From a virus, in the IMG/VR virus record IMGVR_UViG_3300042516_004811, positions 87,108 to 151,107 of that record: a stretch of DNA of 64,000 nt; one strand, given 5' to 3'. Positions 55,064 to 64,000 of the stretch are shown here, in pieces (the stretch's first letter is position 1; every line of letters starts with the position of its first letter). The position numbers were made by a program, and so were the translations under genes. A model generated the notes under the pieces. The model ran no database searches. It was not told the origin of the DNA and saw nothing but the letters and a program-made list of their open reading frames with translations.

Positions 55064-56824
55064 ATGAGCAGCGGCATAACGACACAGCAACTCGTTCAAG
55101 ATAGGTCGAGAAAATTCAGCAGAAAGTTATTCATAGCCAATCTTCCACGCCTTGGTGATGGTGAGTATGTAGATATAACTCGCTTCATAACAGACCTATC
55201 TGTCAGTTACACCATGGATATGGCTTCGTCAATAAGCTTTAATATTATTGACAAAGACCTAAGAATGGCCAACAACAGATACTTTTCCATTGGCCGCGAC
55301 ATCATATACGAAACACAAACAATAGGTGTCATTAGCGGTGTTAGCGGTGAAGTACGAAACGTAAGACAACTGTTTGAAATATCTAGCGTAACGGTGGCTC
55401 AGGGTCCTGGTGGTAGTGCATCTTTTAACGTGCAGTGCTATTCGAAGGCCGTTCAGCAAATGAAGAGAGATAAAAATCCATCAGCAATCAAAGGAAACGG
55501 TTCGACTTTCATAAAAAATGCAGCTGCTAAATACGGTTTGCGTTTTTACGGTCAAGAAACATCAAAAGCGAAAGAAATAACAAAATCATCAGGGTCAAAG
55601 CAGGCTGAATCATTATGGGATGTCATGACCAGATTAGCAAGTGATGCAAAATTTGTACTTTTTGAAGTTGATGGGTATTTAGTGTTTGCTTCAGAAAAGT
55701 GGCTTTTGAACAAATGGGGCTCAGATTCTAAAAGACAAATCAAAAAATCAAAAAACTCCAAAACCGGTGTAACAACATCTAAATGGGTGACGAAACGATG
55801 GGTTCCTCTTCAGTTCAAAAATGATGCATGGAACTACAAGGGTAGGAAAAACGTATTTAGACTAACCCAGTATCCACAGATAACGGCATCAGACAATGAC
55901 CCGTATGCTGCTAGTGGTTCGTGCCTGGCAGAGCGAACCAACGCTGTACAGCTACGGCCGGGAATGACCGCGTACGTTGGCCTAATTCCTGGATTGTCGA
56001 ACTATTTCATAATTGACAGCGTTACTTTCCAAGAAATGGTTCCTGACCCTGTTTCTATATCTTTTCGAACCCCAACGAAAGACCCTGAAAAAGAAAACAT
56101 ACGCCAGTTGGCTATTGGTGAGGTTTATCAACAGACTTATGTTCCCACTCCATCTGGTCAGTTAACTGTAAAAACAGTTTCCCAGGCTCTTGCGGAACAA
56201 TGGAGAGCGCGTGACGTAAATGGAAATCCTTCTGTTTTTCCAGTATTTGACTCCAGAATCATTAATCATCCAACCGAAGAAAATCAATTCCTTTATCCAG
56301 TAATGGAATTTGCAAATATAAGCACTTCTTATCCGGCATTTTTGGAAGTAATCAATTCTTGGACTGGTACAAAATATCTAACATCCACTCTTGACAAAGA
56401 TTCACAAGTGGTGACTGGGAACCTAAACCTTTACAACAGGCCTGTATTCAAGACAAGCACCCTAATAAGAAGAACAAAACCATCTATTGTTGATTCTTAT
56501 ATTCTGACATTTCCATCAGGTTCGGAGTGGCTGTCTGTGATAGTTCCATCCGTGTATACGCAGGGTGGACTTGCGGTTACAAAAACACTTCAACAGGTAA
56601 CGAATAAATATAATGAACTTGGTGGTTATTTGGGTTCAGCTAAACACTTTGGTGTTTTTCGCGGAAACTCGGAGTTGGCCGCCAGAACAAATGCCAGGGA
56701 TTATTTATATTTAATAGTCTGGCAGCAAGAGGGTCTCGTGCTTAGGAAGCGTTTTCCTTCGCTAGCTGGAAATACTCCAGCAATACCAAACACGCCCGGT
56801 GGCGCAGATAGTGATTGGGTGTAG
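55064..56824 (+). CDS. baseplate hub (gpD/gp44-like)
   Basis: DITRFITDLSV, ESLWDVMTRLA...F.LFE.DG.LVF, LRPG. Confidence 0.7.
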   Translation: MSSGITTQQLVQDRSRKFSRKLFIANLPRLGDGEYVDITRFITDLSVSYTMDMASSISFNIIDKDLRMANNRYFSIGRDIIYETQTIGVISGVSGEVRNVRQLFEISSVTVAQGPGGSASFNVQCYSKAVQQMKRDKNPSAIKGNGSTFIKNAAAKYGLRFYGQETSKAKEITKSSGSKQAESLWDVMTRLASDAKFVLFEVDGYLVFASEKWLLNKWGSDSKRQIKKSKNSKTGVTTSKWVTKRWVPLQFKNDAWNYKGRKNVFRLTQYPQITASDNDPYAASGSCLAERTNAVQLRPGMTAYVGLIPGLSNYFIIDSVTFQEMVPDPVSISFRTPTKDPEKENIRQLAIGEVYQQTYVPTPSGQLTVKTVSQALAEQWRARDVNGNPSVFPVFDSRIINHPTEENQFLYPVMEFANISTSYPAFLEVINSWTGTKYLTSTLDKDSQVVTGNLNLYNRPVFKTSTLIRRTKPSIVDSYILTFPSGSEWLSVIVPSVYTQGGLAVTKTLQQVTNKYNELGGYLGSAKHFGVFRGNSELAARTNARDYLYLIVWQQEGLVLRKRFPSLAGNTPAIPNTPGGADSDWV

Positions 56825-56828
56825 CACC

Positions 56829-57512
56829 ATGAGCCGCCCAGATATTGTCGATAAAAGTAAGGCCTCTGCTCATCCACTTAGGCCCGGAAGATTTTATACA
56901 GCTCGTATCAAGAAGGTAAATACCGATGGTCGAGTTATCGTCTTTATTCAAGAACTTGGCCTAAGCATGGGGCCGATGCTTGCATTGAACAGCAACGACG
57001 ATACCCCCTATGAAGTCGGGGAATATGTTAAGTGTGCATTCACTGATGAATTTTTCAATGAATTAATTATTTTTGGCAGTGTCACAAAAAAAACAATGCC
57101 GTACGTTTTGCTTTCGACATTTGATACAGCGTGGAAAGAGTACGTACCAACGATAAGTCAACTAGGGGTACCGGACATAGCGAAAACAGTTGACTACTCC
57201 AGGTATTCATTAATTGCAAGAACTCTTACATGGAACTGCAAGATGACTGTTACTGAAGATAGTGCTGGCATGGGTGAGATAGTCATAACCTTGCCAGAGA
57301 TATCAATAGCACCAGCCTCCACCGTTATTGGTAGTGCCGTATTGTCTGTGCCCGGCAACACCTATCCATGCGTCGCCTTGGTCAATGGCCTTCAGGCAGA
57401 CAATCTCTCCTTTCGCGGTTCAGCAGGTGGGATTCTGGGGGAATCACCAGCAGTAAACTTAAGCAATGGACATGTTCTCACTTTCTCTGTTTGTTACGAG
57501 GTAGGTTCATAA
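56829..57512 (+). CDS. baseplate spike-like protein
   Basis: OB-fold-like N-terminus (YTARI..V..DGRV.V...VGEYVKCAF). ATG at 56829. Confidence 0.55.
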   Translation: MSRPDIVDKSKASAHPLRPGRFYTARIKKVNTDGRVIVFIQELGLSMGPMLALNSNDDTPYEVGEYVKCAFTDEFFNELIIFGSVTKKTMPYVLLSTFDTAWKEYVPTISQLGVPDIAKTVDYSRYSLIARTLTWNCKMTVTEDSAGMGEIVITLPEISIAPASTVIGSAVLSVPGNTYPCVALVNGLQADNLSFRGSAGGILGESPAVNLSNGHVLTFSVCYEVGS

Positions 57513-57817
57513 TGGACTGCATAGCTTTCCCGGTACGTTTTGATTCGACTGGTCTAAGAAAATTACAGGACGGTTCGAGCGAGTACTACACGCAGCTTCT
57601 TTCCGTGTCAATACTTACGGAACCTTTTACTCATCCTTTTACCCCAACATTTGGGGCCAACGACCCAAGCTTTACGAATCTTGACAAAGGTTTATTTGTT
57701 CTCAATGCTGCAAAATTTGTTCCAGAAGTGAGAATCATCGACCTATTAATTGATGATAGTGGGGCCGAGGCAGGCAAGAGCAAAATAAACTTCTCATTCG
57801 AAATAGTGCAGACATAA
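57512..57817 (+). CDS. gp25-like baseplate wedge protein
   Basis: IAFPVRF...LTEP..HP..PTFG..DP. TAATG overlap with the previous gene. Confidence 0.75.
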   Translation: MDCIAFPVRFDSTGLRKLQDGSSEYYTQLLSVSILTEPFTHPFTPTFGANDPSFTNLDKGLFVLNAAKFVPEVRIIDLLIDDSGAEAGKSKINFSFEIVQT

Positions 57818-57826
57818 GGAAAGACC

Positions 57827-59290
57827 ATGCCAGCAGACTTCTCAGAATATGTCAATTTAACGATATTTGACAAAGAACCAGGCGATATTTATCGCGATTC
57901 AATTGAAATAGCCAGACTCTCTCTTCCTGAGTTCAATCTGCGTGTAGGAACGCCAGAAGACGCAATATTTCAGGCAATGGCATACGTTAGTGCATTGAAC
58001 GTTGCTTCAATAAATCGCCTTCCAGACAGGCTTATGGCCGGGATTGTTGGAATGATGGGGTTTTCACGACAGGAAGCTGTTCCTGCGGAAATCGATGTCG
58101 TCATAACAGTTGGTGACCTGGCTGGTGGAGTCATTCCGGAAGGAACAGTATTTACTTACGATGCGGTATTTGAAGATGAGGCGATTCAGTACGCATTTAC
58201 TACAACTTCCGCCACAACTGTACCGCCATCCGAAAGTGAGTATGAACTCCCATACGCAACTATCACTGTACAGGCAATAGAAGGTGGAGTAATTCCACCA
58301 ATTGGAAGCGGCGTGGAGTTGAATATAATTTCATCAGGCACGGACATCGCCTCCGCAATTACAGCAACACCATCAAACTTTGCAAATGGACTTAATGCCG
58401 ACACAGACCAAGACTACCTGTCACGTGCTTCCACGTATTTAAGGTCACTAACGTCAGCGTTAGCAAAAGCAAGCCAAGTTGATGCCTATGTTCTCACTCA
58501 GTATCCAGGAGTTATTGGTCGCGTAAAGACATTTGACCTAACAAACGGTGATGACAATGGTGGAGATATTACCCTTAATAGGGTTTATCCAATTGAAAAT
58601 ACTTATCTTCAGGACAACATTGCAACAATCGAACTCAATGCTCCACACCTTTACGTAAGCGGAGACACCGTGCGTATTGAGTTGTCTGGTGCATCAGCGA
58701 GTGCTAGTGCTATTTATGAAGGCGAATTCGAAATTGACAATACAGCAGAAACACTCATAGTTTTCCCGCGCGTTGCATCAAACCAAGCCAGCGCACAGCT
58801 TACTGGTTCAGTGTTCGCTGGTGAAGATATTGCTGGTTACGTAACAATATTTGCATATGGTCAAAATAGATTCTTGACGCAGATTGAAAAAGACGAAATC
58901 CTCGCGGATGTTATTAACCGTTCAATAGCCGGTTTGAGATTCTTCATTCTTGACCCAACGCTTGTAACGCTCGAAGTGAGTGGAACCGTTAGCCTTAACG
59001 ACGACTACGATGCCACAACCGTGCAAGATGCTATTAATAATGCGCTAATTGAGTACCTCAGTCCTGCTACGTTTCCAATGTCGTTTGACAGGGTTCGCCA
59101 GAGCCAAATTGTTTCAATAATAAGCAATATACCTGGTGTTCTTTATGTCAATTCTTTAACACTGACACCAACTGGTCAGAACTGGCTACCCAAAATTGAT
59201 GATGACATCATATTCAAAAACAAGGGAACACTGCCGGTTTTGTCGGTTGGCGATATTGGCATCACGTACCAGATTGTTGCGGTGGAGTAA
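57827..59290 (+). CDS. baseplate J-like protein
   Basis: G.SRQEAVPA, IPEGT, NG.NADTDQDYLSR, ISNIPGV.YV. Confidence 0.88.
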   Translation: MPADFSEYVNLTIFDKEPGDIYRDSIEIARLSLPEFNLRVGTPEDAIFQAMAYVSALNVASINRLPDRLMAGIVGMMGFSRQEAVPAEIDVVITVGDLAGGVIPEGTVFTYDAVFEDEAIQYAFTTTSATTVPPSESEYELPYATITVQAIEGGVIPPIGSGVELNIISSGTDIASAITATPSNFANGLNADTDQDYLSRASTYLRSLTSALAKASQVDAYVLTQYPGVIGRVKTFDLTNGDDNGGDITLNRVYPIENTYLQDNIATIELNAPHLYVSGDTVRIELSGASASASAIYEGEFEIDNTAETLIVFPRVASNQASAQLTGSVFAGEDIAGYVTIFAYGQNRFLTQIEKDEILADVINRSIAGLRFFILDPTLVTLEVSGTVSLNDDYDATTVQDAINNALIEYLSPATFPMSFDRVRQSQIVSIISNIPGVLYVNSLTLTPTGQNWLPKIDDDIIFKNKGTLPVLSVGDIGITYQIVAVE

Positions 59291-59292
59291 AT

Positions 59293-60504
59293 ATGGCTAC
59301 AACCGTCAACCTTCTTGAGTACAACAATGCACTTTTACGCAGAGATGGCGACAGCCGAGTCGTTGGTGTTGCTAATTACTCAACAAACTGGACAGCTGGT
59401 GTTGGACAAGCATCTTTATCTGTCGTTTCCGACATATACACAGTTGATACTAGGTACTCTCTCAGGGTCAACCCATCAACATCTGGGGCAATAGTCCTAA
59501 CGCTTCAGTCCAGGGACCTAAGACTTTTTGACAATAATAGAGTTTTGTCTTTCAATTGCAAGATTAAAGCAGAAGGTACGTGCGATGTTTCCACGCTTCT
59601 GTTGATAGACGAAGATACTGCTGGTAGTCCGCACAACCAAGAGTTTAGCAGTGGTCAATTTAACTCAATTCAGTCTAACCGCGTGCTTGTTCCAGATGAT
59701 AATGAAATCCACTCGTACACAATTCAGATGACAATCACGAACCATGGTAGCTCGTTAATTTATTTAACAAACTTTCACCTTATACATGACATGGCATTTT
59801 ACGAAAATCCATTTGTTCCACAGATGCGCTCATACATGCCGGATTTCTACTGGGACTACGACTCGGACGAAGAATACCCAACTTACCCATTTCACAGACT
59901 GATTGACGTACTTTCATCTACTGCGGGTGATTCTCGTCGACTATACGACTCGCTCTTCCCTTTCGAAACACCAGAGTTTGTAACACCAGATGACCAGACC
60001 GGATACTGGGCAAAAAGCACACTTACAACACCCCACCTCGTAAGAGATGAATATATTCCATGGCTATCGCAGTTTACTGGAGTGCGCATCCAGAGAAATG
60101 CGATGCTTCCAGATGGTTCTTTATATTTCCAAAATCCATCCGTTGAGCGTGATTATGTTGAGTGGCAGTTGCGTACTGGATATTATGGAAGAAACTCCGG
60201 AACACGACAAGCGATAATCGAGGCGGCTCAGCAGTTCTTGATACGTACTCGTGATGGTAGTCAGTCAACCAAATCCGTTGGCGTTACAACTAATTACCTT
60301 GGTGACCCCTTCACTATTCTTGTTCAAACTCTTGAGAACGAAACAATTGATGCGCTCAACGGTCAGACAAGCCCAACTGTTCTTGCTTCCCTCAACCTTG
60401 CCAGGCCAATTGGGTACAAAATAATTCACGAAACAGTTGACGAATTTGAATTCACGCTTGACAGCCTCACGCTTGGTCGTTTGGACGAATTCAGGTGGGG
60501 TTAA
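59293..60504 (+). CDS. baseplate wedge (gpI-like) protein
   Basis: IPWLSQFTGV...GTRQAI...ARPIG, following baseplate J. Confidence 0.7.
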   Translation: MATTVNLLEYNNALLRRDGDSRVVGVANYSTNWTAGVGQASLSVVSDIYTVDTRYSLRVNPSTSGAIVLTLQSRDLRLFDNNRVLSFNCKIKAEGTCDVSTLLLIDEDTAGSPHNQEFSSGQFNSIQSNRVLVPDDNEIHSYTIQMTITNHGSSLIYLTNFHLIHDMAFYENPFVPQMRSYMPDFYWDYDSDEEYPTYPFHRLIDVLSSTAGDSRRLYDSLFPFETPEFVTPDDQTGYWAKSTLTTPHLVRDEYIPWLSQFTGVRIQRNAMLPDGSLYFQNPSVERDYVEWQLRTGYYGRNSGTRQAIIEAAQQFLIRTRDGSQSTKSVGVTTNYLGDPFTILVQTLENETIDALNGQTSPTVLASLNLARPIGYKIIHETVDEFEFTLDSLTLGRLDEFRWG

Positions 60505-60543
60505 TAATGATAAAATCAATATTTAGTGGTTTAGGAGAATAAA

Positions 60544-61512
60544 ATGGCCGGCACCGGAGTAAAGCTATTTCTGTCTGGCGAGGTTGCATACGCAGCCGAT
60601 GTCAACACGTACCTCATGGACCAGGTGGTTGCCGTATTTGACGACTCCACGGAACGGAATAACGCCTATGGCGACGGTGTACCTGTTTCCCTAGGCGGTA
60701 CCGGTAAGCCATCTCTTTCCCCTGGACGATTCTGCTACCTTATTGACCCAGGCGAGGTTCAGTACTACGACGGCACTTCTTGGCAAGCATCAAGTCAGTT
60801 CAGCATCGAAGACGGTGCGATTACGGAAATAAAACTTGCCAACCTTGCTGTGACAACTGGAAAGATTGCAAACCTGGCTGTTACTGAAGGAAAGATTGCA
60901 GCCAGTGCTGTAACAAGTGCAAAAATTGCGGATGACAATGTTATTGAGTCGAAAATCCTGAATGGTGCTGTAACTACCAACAAAATTGCAGCAAATGCCG
61001 TAACGGCTTCACGTTTTCGTCAGTCAGTATCGACTTCGGTTGTTGGTAACGCAACTGGTAGCACCGCTGATGTGGCCGATATTCAAGCAGCATCAGACGC
61101 AACGGTTCTAAGGCGAAACGGCTCAGCCCTAGAGTTTGCCAAGATAACCAATACAAATGTTGACGATGCAGCAGCAATATCATCAACAAAACTTGGCCCC
61201 ATTTCGGTTACGTCCCACGTTGGAGCAAGCGGCTCAACTATATCGGCTTCATACGCCAACAGGCTAATCACTGTTGATTCGGCTACAGCATTCAATCTGG
61301 GCCTGACCGGCTCCGATGTTTCCTACCCAATAGGCACAACTATTACATTTGTTCAGATTGGTACTGGCAAGCTGACATTTCAGTCACATGACAGCTCAGT
61401 ACTGGTTACGCCAATTTCTGGAGCACTTAGCTGCAGAGCAAGATATTCGGTTGTGAGCGCAATCAAGATTGCATCAATTACATGGCTTCTGGCTGGTGAC
61501 CTCTCGACATGA
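60544..61512 (+). CDS. tail fibre protein
   Basis: DVNTYLMDQ N-terminus, 10-aa AVTxxKIAxx repeats, C-terminal PIGT...QIGTG...W.LAGDL. Confidence 0.8.
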   Translation: MAGTGVKLFLSGEVAYAADVNTYLMDQVVAVFDDSTERNNAYGDGVPVSLGGTGKPSLSPGRFCYLIDPGEVQYYDGTSWQASSQFSIEDGAITEIKLANLAVTTGKIANLAVTEGKIAASAVTSAKIADDNVIESKILNGAVTTNKIAANAVTASRFRQSVSTSVVGNATGSTADVADIQAASDATVLRRNGSALEFAKITNTNVDDAAAISSTKLGPISVTSHVGASGSTISASYANRLITVDSATAFNLGLTGSDVSYPIGTTITFVQIGTGKLTFQSHDSSVLVTPISGALSCRARYSVVSAIKIASITWLLAGDLST

Positions 61513-62954
61513 TTCTTGCTCGTTTTGTTGGTTCAATTTCTGGGGCCAGGTTAAGTCCGATAATTGGCGGTCCTGCATCCTCTGGTGCACCGTTAGCACC
61601 AACCGTAACCACCTCCACATCCTCGGAAGCTGTCGGGTCTGTTGCTGTTTCTGGAACATTTACCGGAGTAGCAACAACGTCTAGATACTTTCAGCATGGA
61701 GCTAGTTCTGGTGCATTGAACTCAACACTCAACATAACAAACGATGCGACATCTGGAACATTGACTGGCCTATCTGATAGCGAAACTAAGTTTTTTAGAG
61801 CAGTTGGGCAAAACGATAATTATGTCCGAACTATAACTGGAACAATAAATCCTAACTTCTTTTCAACACAACTTTCCCTAATTTGGGGTACGAGCCCAAC
61901 ACTTGATGGGGCAACAACTGTAAACCTAGGCACATTCACTGGTAATACTGCTACAAGCTTTAGTGCTTCACGTTCATCTGTTGCAGGCACAACGTATTAC
62001 TACAAAATAGTTGCTACAAATGTATTCACGACAGTTGAATCTTCTATAATTTCCTATATTGAATCGCCGGCTATTGGTTTTGGAACAACCAGAAGCCAAA
62101 CAACAGCCGCCACACAACCAACACCATCAATAGTGTGGGAGAACTCAGAAACAACCAGAATTGCCGACTGGCGTCTTTATCTTACATCTGCGGCTGGCAC
62201 CACATACAGATGGGAATACTCTTCGAACAGAAGCAGCTGGACGGATGGCGGAGCAATGAGCGTCTACGGAACTCAGCACTGGACACCTTACCTAAATCCA
62301 GGAACTGTTGATTACGCAACGACATACACTTATTACAGAGCTAAAGCCACGGACGGTTATGGCCGCGTCAAATACTCAAACGTTCGCGGTGTTGCCCCAA
62401 TTAATCTCAAATGGGGAGCGCTACGTGGCGGTGTTCAGGACCCTGGAGCGTACGACACGAGTGTTCCATCTGGAAGCTTCGTGATGGATGCGATTGGGAG
62501 AGAAGTAGAAGACGCGGTAAAAATTCAGAGCTTTTTGGGTGGATTTACTAGATACCGCGTTACATCAACTAGATGGATTCTCGACAAGAATGGAAGCACT
62601 GGTAACGCAACGAGCTTAAACAGAAGATTTAGGCTCTATTTTAGAAATGGCTGGTCATCAGAGAGAACTAGCGACTTCGATGGAGCGAATAGAGTCCAGT
62701 ACGATAATTTTGGTGACTATCCAGATAACAGCTTGAGCCGCAGCAATGATGGATACTGGACAAAGGAAACTCTTGAATATGGCGGCGGAGATATGCCGTC
62801 ATCTGGCGGTGTGTACCCAGGCGGAGCCTCAAACTTGTGGGGTTCGAGCACAGCCAATACAACATCTGTTGAAGTATATGTATTCATAGAAGAGCAGGGG
62901 CTCAGAACAACAACCACAAACAGTGAAAGCCTGTACTACAATGGCGCAACATGA
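61509..62954 (+). CDS. tail fibre/receptor-binding protein with FN3-like segments
   Basis: Thr/Ser-rich beta protein with GTTYYYKIVATN and YYRAKATD. Confidence 0.6.
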   Translation: MILARFVGSISGARLSPIIGGPASSGAPLAPTVTTSTSSEAVGSVAVSGTFTGVATTSRYFQHGASSGALNSTLNITNDATSGTLTGLSDSETKFFRAVGQNDNYVRTITGTINPNFFSTQLSLIWGTSPTLDGATTVNLGTFTGNTATSFSASRSSVAGTTYYYKIVATNVFTTVESSIISYIESPAIGFGTTRSQTTAATQPTPSIVWENSETTRIADWRLYLTSAAGTTYRWEYSSNRSSWTDGGAMSVYGTQHWTPYLNPGTVDYATTYTYYRAKATDGYGRVKYSNVRGVAPINLKWGALRGGVQDPGAYDTSVPSGSFVMDAIGREVEDAVKIQSFLGGFTRYRVTSTRWILDKNGSTGNATSLNRRFRLYFRNGWSSERTSDFDGANRVQYDNFGDYPDNSLSRSNDGYWTKETLEYGGGDMPSSGGVYPGGASNLWGSSTANTTSVEVYVFIEEQGLRTTTTNSESLYYNGAT

Positions 62955-63184
62955 GAGACAACGTAGGCAAAAACAAAAAAGCTAGACCTACTGACTTTTT
63001 GATGCCATCGACAGAGTACGTAGAGAAATCACTGCAGGAACAGCGTTTTTCCATATGTGCAGAATGCCCCGAGTTAATAAAGCTCACGAATCAGTGCAAA
63101 CTTTGTGGATGCTTTATGAAGATAAAGGTAAAGCTGGCGCATGCCGAGTGCCCGGCAGGCAAATGGGACTCAGTTAGCGGGTAG
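62951..63184 (+). CDS. small Cys-rich protein (DUF6171-like)
   Basis: R..IC..C...QC.LCGCFM..K......CP.GKW. Confidence 0.75.
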   Translation: MRDNVGKNKKARPTDFLMPSTEYVEKSLQEQRFSICAECPELIKLTNQCKLCGCFMKIKVKLAHAECPAGKWDSVSG

Positions 63185-63192
63185 TCTATTGA

Positions 63193-63825
63193 CTACTTAC
63201 CGCCCTTTTTCTTTTTTTCCTCTGCGGCAACGGCTGCAAGATAAGCAAACAAGTCCCTAACCGGCTGTGGCAAGTTGTCGCCAACCGCATACTGCCAATG
63301 CCATGCTTCAAACTCTGGCGACTTTGGGTCATTTCCCTGTAGGTAGAAGCCGTACTTCGGAGCGTTTGCACACATCCATCCCATCGCCTTGGCGTTGCCA
63401 CCGAGGGTTGACCCATCCTTCATGCATAGGTCGATTGCGAGGCCCATGCCATGATTGGATGTACCAGGTGTGCCGCTTGGGCTTTTGCCAGGCTTGAGAT
63501 ACCAGGTCTTGCCCTCGAATGTTCTTGTGACGCCTCGACCATGGTCCTTGCTGTCATATCTATCTCTGAACATTGCCAGCTGAGCGTCGTAAAGGCGGTA
63601 GTCACCAATGTTCTTCAGCTCAATACCCTCTTTCTTTGCGGCATCAAGCATCATGTCGAAAGAAATTGAGGACCAATGCCACAGTCTTCCGCCAATCTTG
63701 GTCTTTCTAAGAATGCTGTCGGGCAACTGACCGTTCTTGATGTTTTTTAGTTCGGTTGGAAGAACTAGCTTGATGTATGGGTACTGCATTTTCCTGTTTC
63801 TCCGATTTCTCGAAAGCCGCTTCAT
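63193..63825 (-). CDS. M15B/VanY-like peptidase, probable endolysin
   Basis: YR...Q, PGTSNHGMGLAID, EAWHWQY. Alternative start at 63789. Confidence 0.88.
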   Translation of the reverse strand: MKRLSRNRRNRKMQYPYIKLVLPTELKNIKNGQLPDSILRKTKIGGRLWHWSSISFDMMLDAAKKEGIELKNIGDYRLYDAQLAMFRDRYDSKDHGRGVTRTFEGKTWYLKPGKSPSGTPGTSNHGMGLAIDLCMKDGSTLGGNAKAMGWMCANAPKYGFYLQGNDPKSPEFEAWHWQYAVGDNLPQPVRDLFAYLAAVAAEEKKKKGGK

Positions 63826-64000
63826 GTCACTCCATAATAGCAGAGAGAATATTTACAGCATTTAATAATTAAAGCTGGTACCAGCCATCTTCCCAAAGCT
63901 GAGAAAGTCTTCGAAAATGCTTGTCATATTTAAGAGCAACGACATCTAGTGAGTAGTTGTCTATGGCATGCTGCCTAACCATCGTTCTATCCATATATTT

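Overview
A 64-kb segment of a large tailed-phage genome (Caudoviricetes) with an HK97-type head and a contractile tail. WhiB and many leaderless TAnnnT promoters point to an actinobacterial host. From left to right: a primase-helicase (runs off the window), WhiB, a class II ribonucleotide reductase and three tRNAs. Next is a ~28-kb minus-strand head module in which portal and major capsid genes are separated by ~23 kb of cargo-like genes. These include a 2967-aa protein fusing a prohead protease, ArdC and a UvrD-like helicase, and a 2070-aa multidomain protein. On the plus strand follow the large terminase, a Rad52/PD-(D/E)XK/HNH/RuvC recombination block, a ParB + IbrA/IbrB-like module, the neck/sheath/tube/tape-measure/baseplate/fibre genes and, on the minus strand, an M15 peptidase. 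Most notable observations: (1) a self-contained ~62-nt promoter-to-terminator unit at 38941-39002 whose first 18 nt are the exact reverse complement of the 23S rRNA helix 69 region; (2) the protease-headed polyprotein, whose domains are delimited by a recurring LSSG motif and which has an A10 slippery run at the protease/cargo junction; (3) apparent complete absence of GATC. Domain calls come from motif recognition by eye, not from database searches.
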